A stretch of 64,000 bases of DNA from an uncultured Candidatus Saccharibacteria bacterium (lineage in GTDB: Bacteria; Patescibacteriota; Minisyncoccia; Phycocordibacterales; CAYSCM01): positions 224,001 to 288,000 of the forward strand of contig CAYSCM010000001.1 in NCBI GenBank assembly GCA_964429815.1. Direction: 5' to 3'. The notes below the pieces were generated by a model. That model was given only the letters and a program-made list of their open reading frames with translations, did not search any database and was not told the origin of the DNA. Shown here in pieces: positions 62,226 to 64,000 of the stretch. The stretch's first letter is position 1; each line of letters starts with the position of its first letter. A program made the position numbers and the translations under genes.

Positions 62226-64000
62226 TGGAAAAGATGGCTGCTGTCGAGGGAGTATTTCAAACCCCCGAGGAAGAAATAGCGCATTTACGTGAGCAGCTCA
62301 CACGGCACGAGATAGCCGCGATCGTCGGAACCTCCGGGCCGCCCGAGCCGCTCCAGCAGGTAATTCGCGCCTACGCGCAAAAGCCTCCTCACGAGGTCAT
62401 ACCCGGCCCCTCCATGCTTCCCGAAGGGCGTGCAGGCGAGATCGCCCTCGAGCTAAAACCCGAGTCGCATGACGAGAAGATGGCGGAGCTTCTTGGTATT
62501 CTCCAGGAACACGGAATAAAAAACGCTCTCACGGTCGCGGAGAAACTCGGTCCCCACGTTGAAGACGATTTCCACCGTTTTTTGGTCGAGTATCTACGCG
62601 AGGGGTTTTCCGTAAAAGGGTTCCACGAAGGAGGGGCGCTCTGGCGGCCGCTCCATATGAGGCTCTATGAGGTGCGCATATCACAGAAAGAAGAGGAGGC
62701 CGGCAAGGACCTCAAGAAAGCCCTCTCAGGAATGGAACAGCTCTACGCCGCACTCCTCGCCTCCTCCGGCAAGCGTGAGTTTCGCAAAGATTTCTTTACG
62801 CTCGAGATCGCGGTCGGAAATTCCTCGGAGGATATCGTCTTCTATGTTTCCGTGCTCGAGAGCAAAGCCGACCTCCTTCAAAAGCAGACACTCGCGCTCT
62901 TTCCGGGCGCGCGGATCGAGCTCCTGCGCGATGATTATAATATTTTTAACGAAAAAGGCGCCTCACTTGCTTCCTATGGCTCTCTTGCCCGGTCGCCGGT
63001 CTATCCGCTTCGGACCTATGATGAGTTCGACCACGATCCGCTAAGTGGCATCATTGCGGCGTTCTCCCGGATGCGCAAGGAGGGCGAGGGGGCCGCGTTC
63101 CAGCTCTCCGTCTCGCCCGTCGGAGACGAGTTCAATGCACGGTTTAAAAAGGCGGCAGTAGACCTCGAGAAGGGAGTCCCCGCGCCGAAGGCGACCAGGG
63201 TCGCCCTCTCCACGGGAGAGAAAATTGTCTCCGGCATCAGCAAACTCATCGGGGGAGAGGGCAAAAAGAGCGATACCCAGAAGCCGGTCGACTCCGTTGC
63301 GCTCGAGGAGGTAAAGAAAAAAATAGGCAGCCCCATAGTTCTCGCCGGCATTCGTCTCGTCGTTTCGGCCGAAAACGAAATGCGCGCGAGCGCCATCCTC
63401 TCCGACCTTGAAGCATCGTTTGGTCAATTCAGTGCGGCCCAGGGCAACGCGCTTTCGTTCAAACGGGTCCCTCGGAAAGCCCTCACGGCATTTCTTTCCG
63501 ACTTCTCCTTTCGCTCATTCGATGAGGGGAAGGGCATGCCCCTTAGCCTGCGTGAACTCACCAGCCTCTACCACCTCTCCGGTGCAGCGCTTGTCCCCAG
63601 CCGCGAGGTGAAGCAGACGCGCTTCAAAACGGCTCCGGCGCCGCTTGAGCTTGTCGAGGAAGGGATACGCCTCGGCAGCAACCGTCATGGAGGCGAGGAG
63701 CGTCCCGTGCGGTTTGCCGATACCGATCGACTCCGCCACCTCTACGTCATAGGGCAAACGGGCACCGGCAAGTCTGTGTTCCTCAAGAACATGGTCATCC
63801 AAGATATCGCACGAGGGGCCGGGGTGTGCTACATCGATCCGCATGGCTCGGATATCGAGGAAGTGCTCGGCGCGGTGCCGCCGGAGCGCGAGGGAGACGT
63901 CATCTACTTCAATCCGGCCGATCCTGAGCGCCCCTTGGGCCTCAATATGCTCGAGTACGATGCGCGCTTCCCCGAGCAGAAAACGTTCGTAGTCAACGAG
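62226..64000 (+). CDS. P-loop NTPase, HerA/VirB4/TraG-like (DUF87-type), 5' portion only (runs off window end)
   Basis: Continuous frame of >590 codons from ATG 62226 to position 64000, not in the ORF track (no stop inside window); Walker A HLYVIGQTGTGKSVFL followed by IDPHGS, typical of HerA/VirB4-type ATPases. Confidence 0.55.

Noticed and set aside
1-64000. CRISPR arrays or rRNA genes
   Set aside because: No regularly spaced direct repeats with unique spacers and no rRNA-like conserved segments were seen. Repeats found are tRNA-derived, terminator-hairpin families or the DGR TR/VR pair.

Overview
The window looks like a fragment of a Patescibacteria/CPR-type bacterial genome of moderately high GC. 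That placement is inferred from the ribosomal protein set (no L30 gene, a Zn-ribbon type-Z S14, terminal extensions on S10/L23/S5/S19); it was not checked against any database. About half of the window (38.1-61.9 kb) is the conserved str/S10/spc ribosomal-protein supercluster, followed by secY-adk-map. The cluster is broken at four points by inserted modules, each with its own near-consensus sigma70 promoter and rho-independent terminator: a membrane ORF between rpsG and fusA; a small ORF plus a YbjN-like ORF between fusA and tuf; a hypothetical plus an XRE-type HTH regulator between rpsJ and rplC; three minus-strand ORFs between rplB and rpsS; and a complete diversity-generating retroelement (DGR) between rplE and rpsN. 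The DGR is directly visible in the sequence. A 213-aa target protein ends in a variable region (VR, 54658-54756), and a template repeat (TR, 55097-55206) differs from that VR at 16 positions, every one an adenine in TR. A four-helix-bundle Avd-like gene lies on the opposite strand with its stop codon abutting the TR end. A DGR-type reverse transcriptase carries the LGNLTSQ and YADD motifs. The rest of the window holds housekeeping genes (xth, cca, hup, rny, clpP, tig, ppa, nusA, tpiA, pgk, recJ, rnhA, comEC, sodA, rpmB), a type IV pilus locus (pilB, pilC, three prepilin-like genes and a beta-helix protein), and a cluster of four tRNAs (Arg-TCG, Gly-GCC, Pro-TGG, Gly-TCC). Two of those tRNAs carry partial duplications: a direct 17-bp repeat and an inverted 15-bp repeat of the tRNA-Gly 3' end, and a tandem copy of the tRNA-Pro 5' half. 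A trypsin-like protease sits between tRNA-Pro and tRNA-Gly(TCC). A roughly 3-kb GC-richer, coding-poor island (11.3-14.4 kb) contains a ~1.15-kb ORF-free stretch just downstream of a consensus promoter; this is a candidate large structured ncRNA carrying RNase P RNA-like motifs. At the 3' edge is a partial HerA/VirB4-like P-loop ATPase. All coordinates and calls come from reading the sequence and the supplied ORF track by eye. No homology search or RNA covariance search was run.
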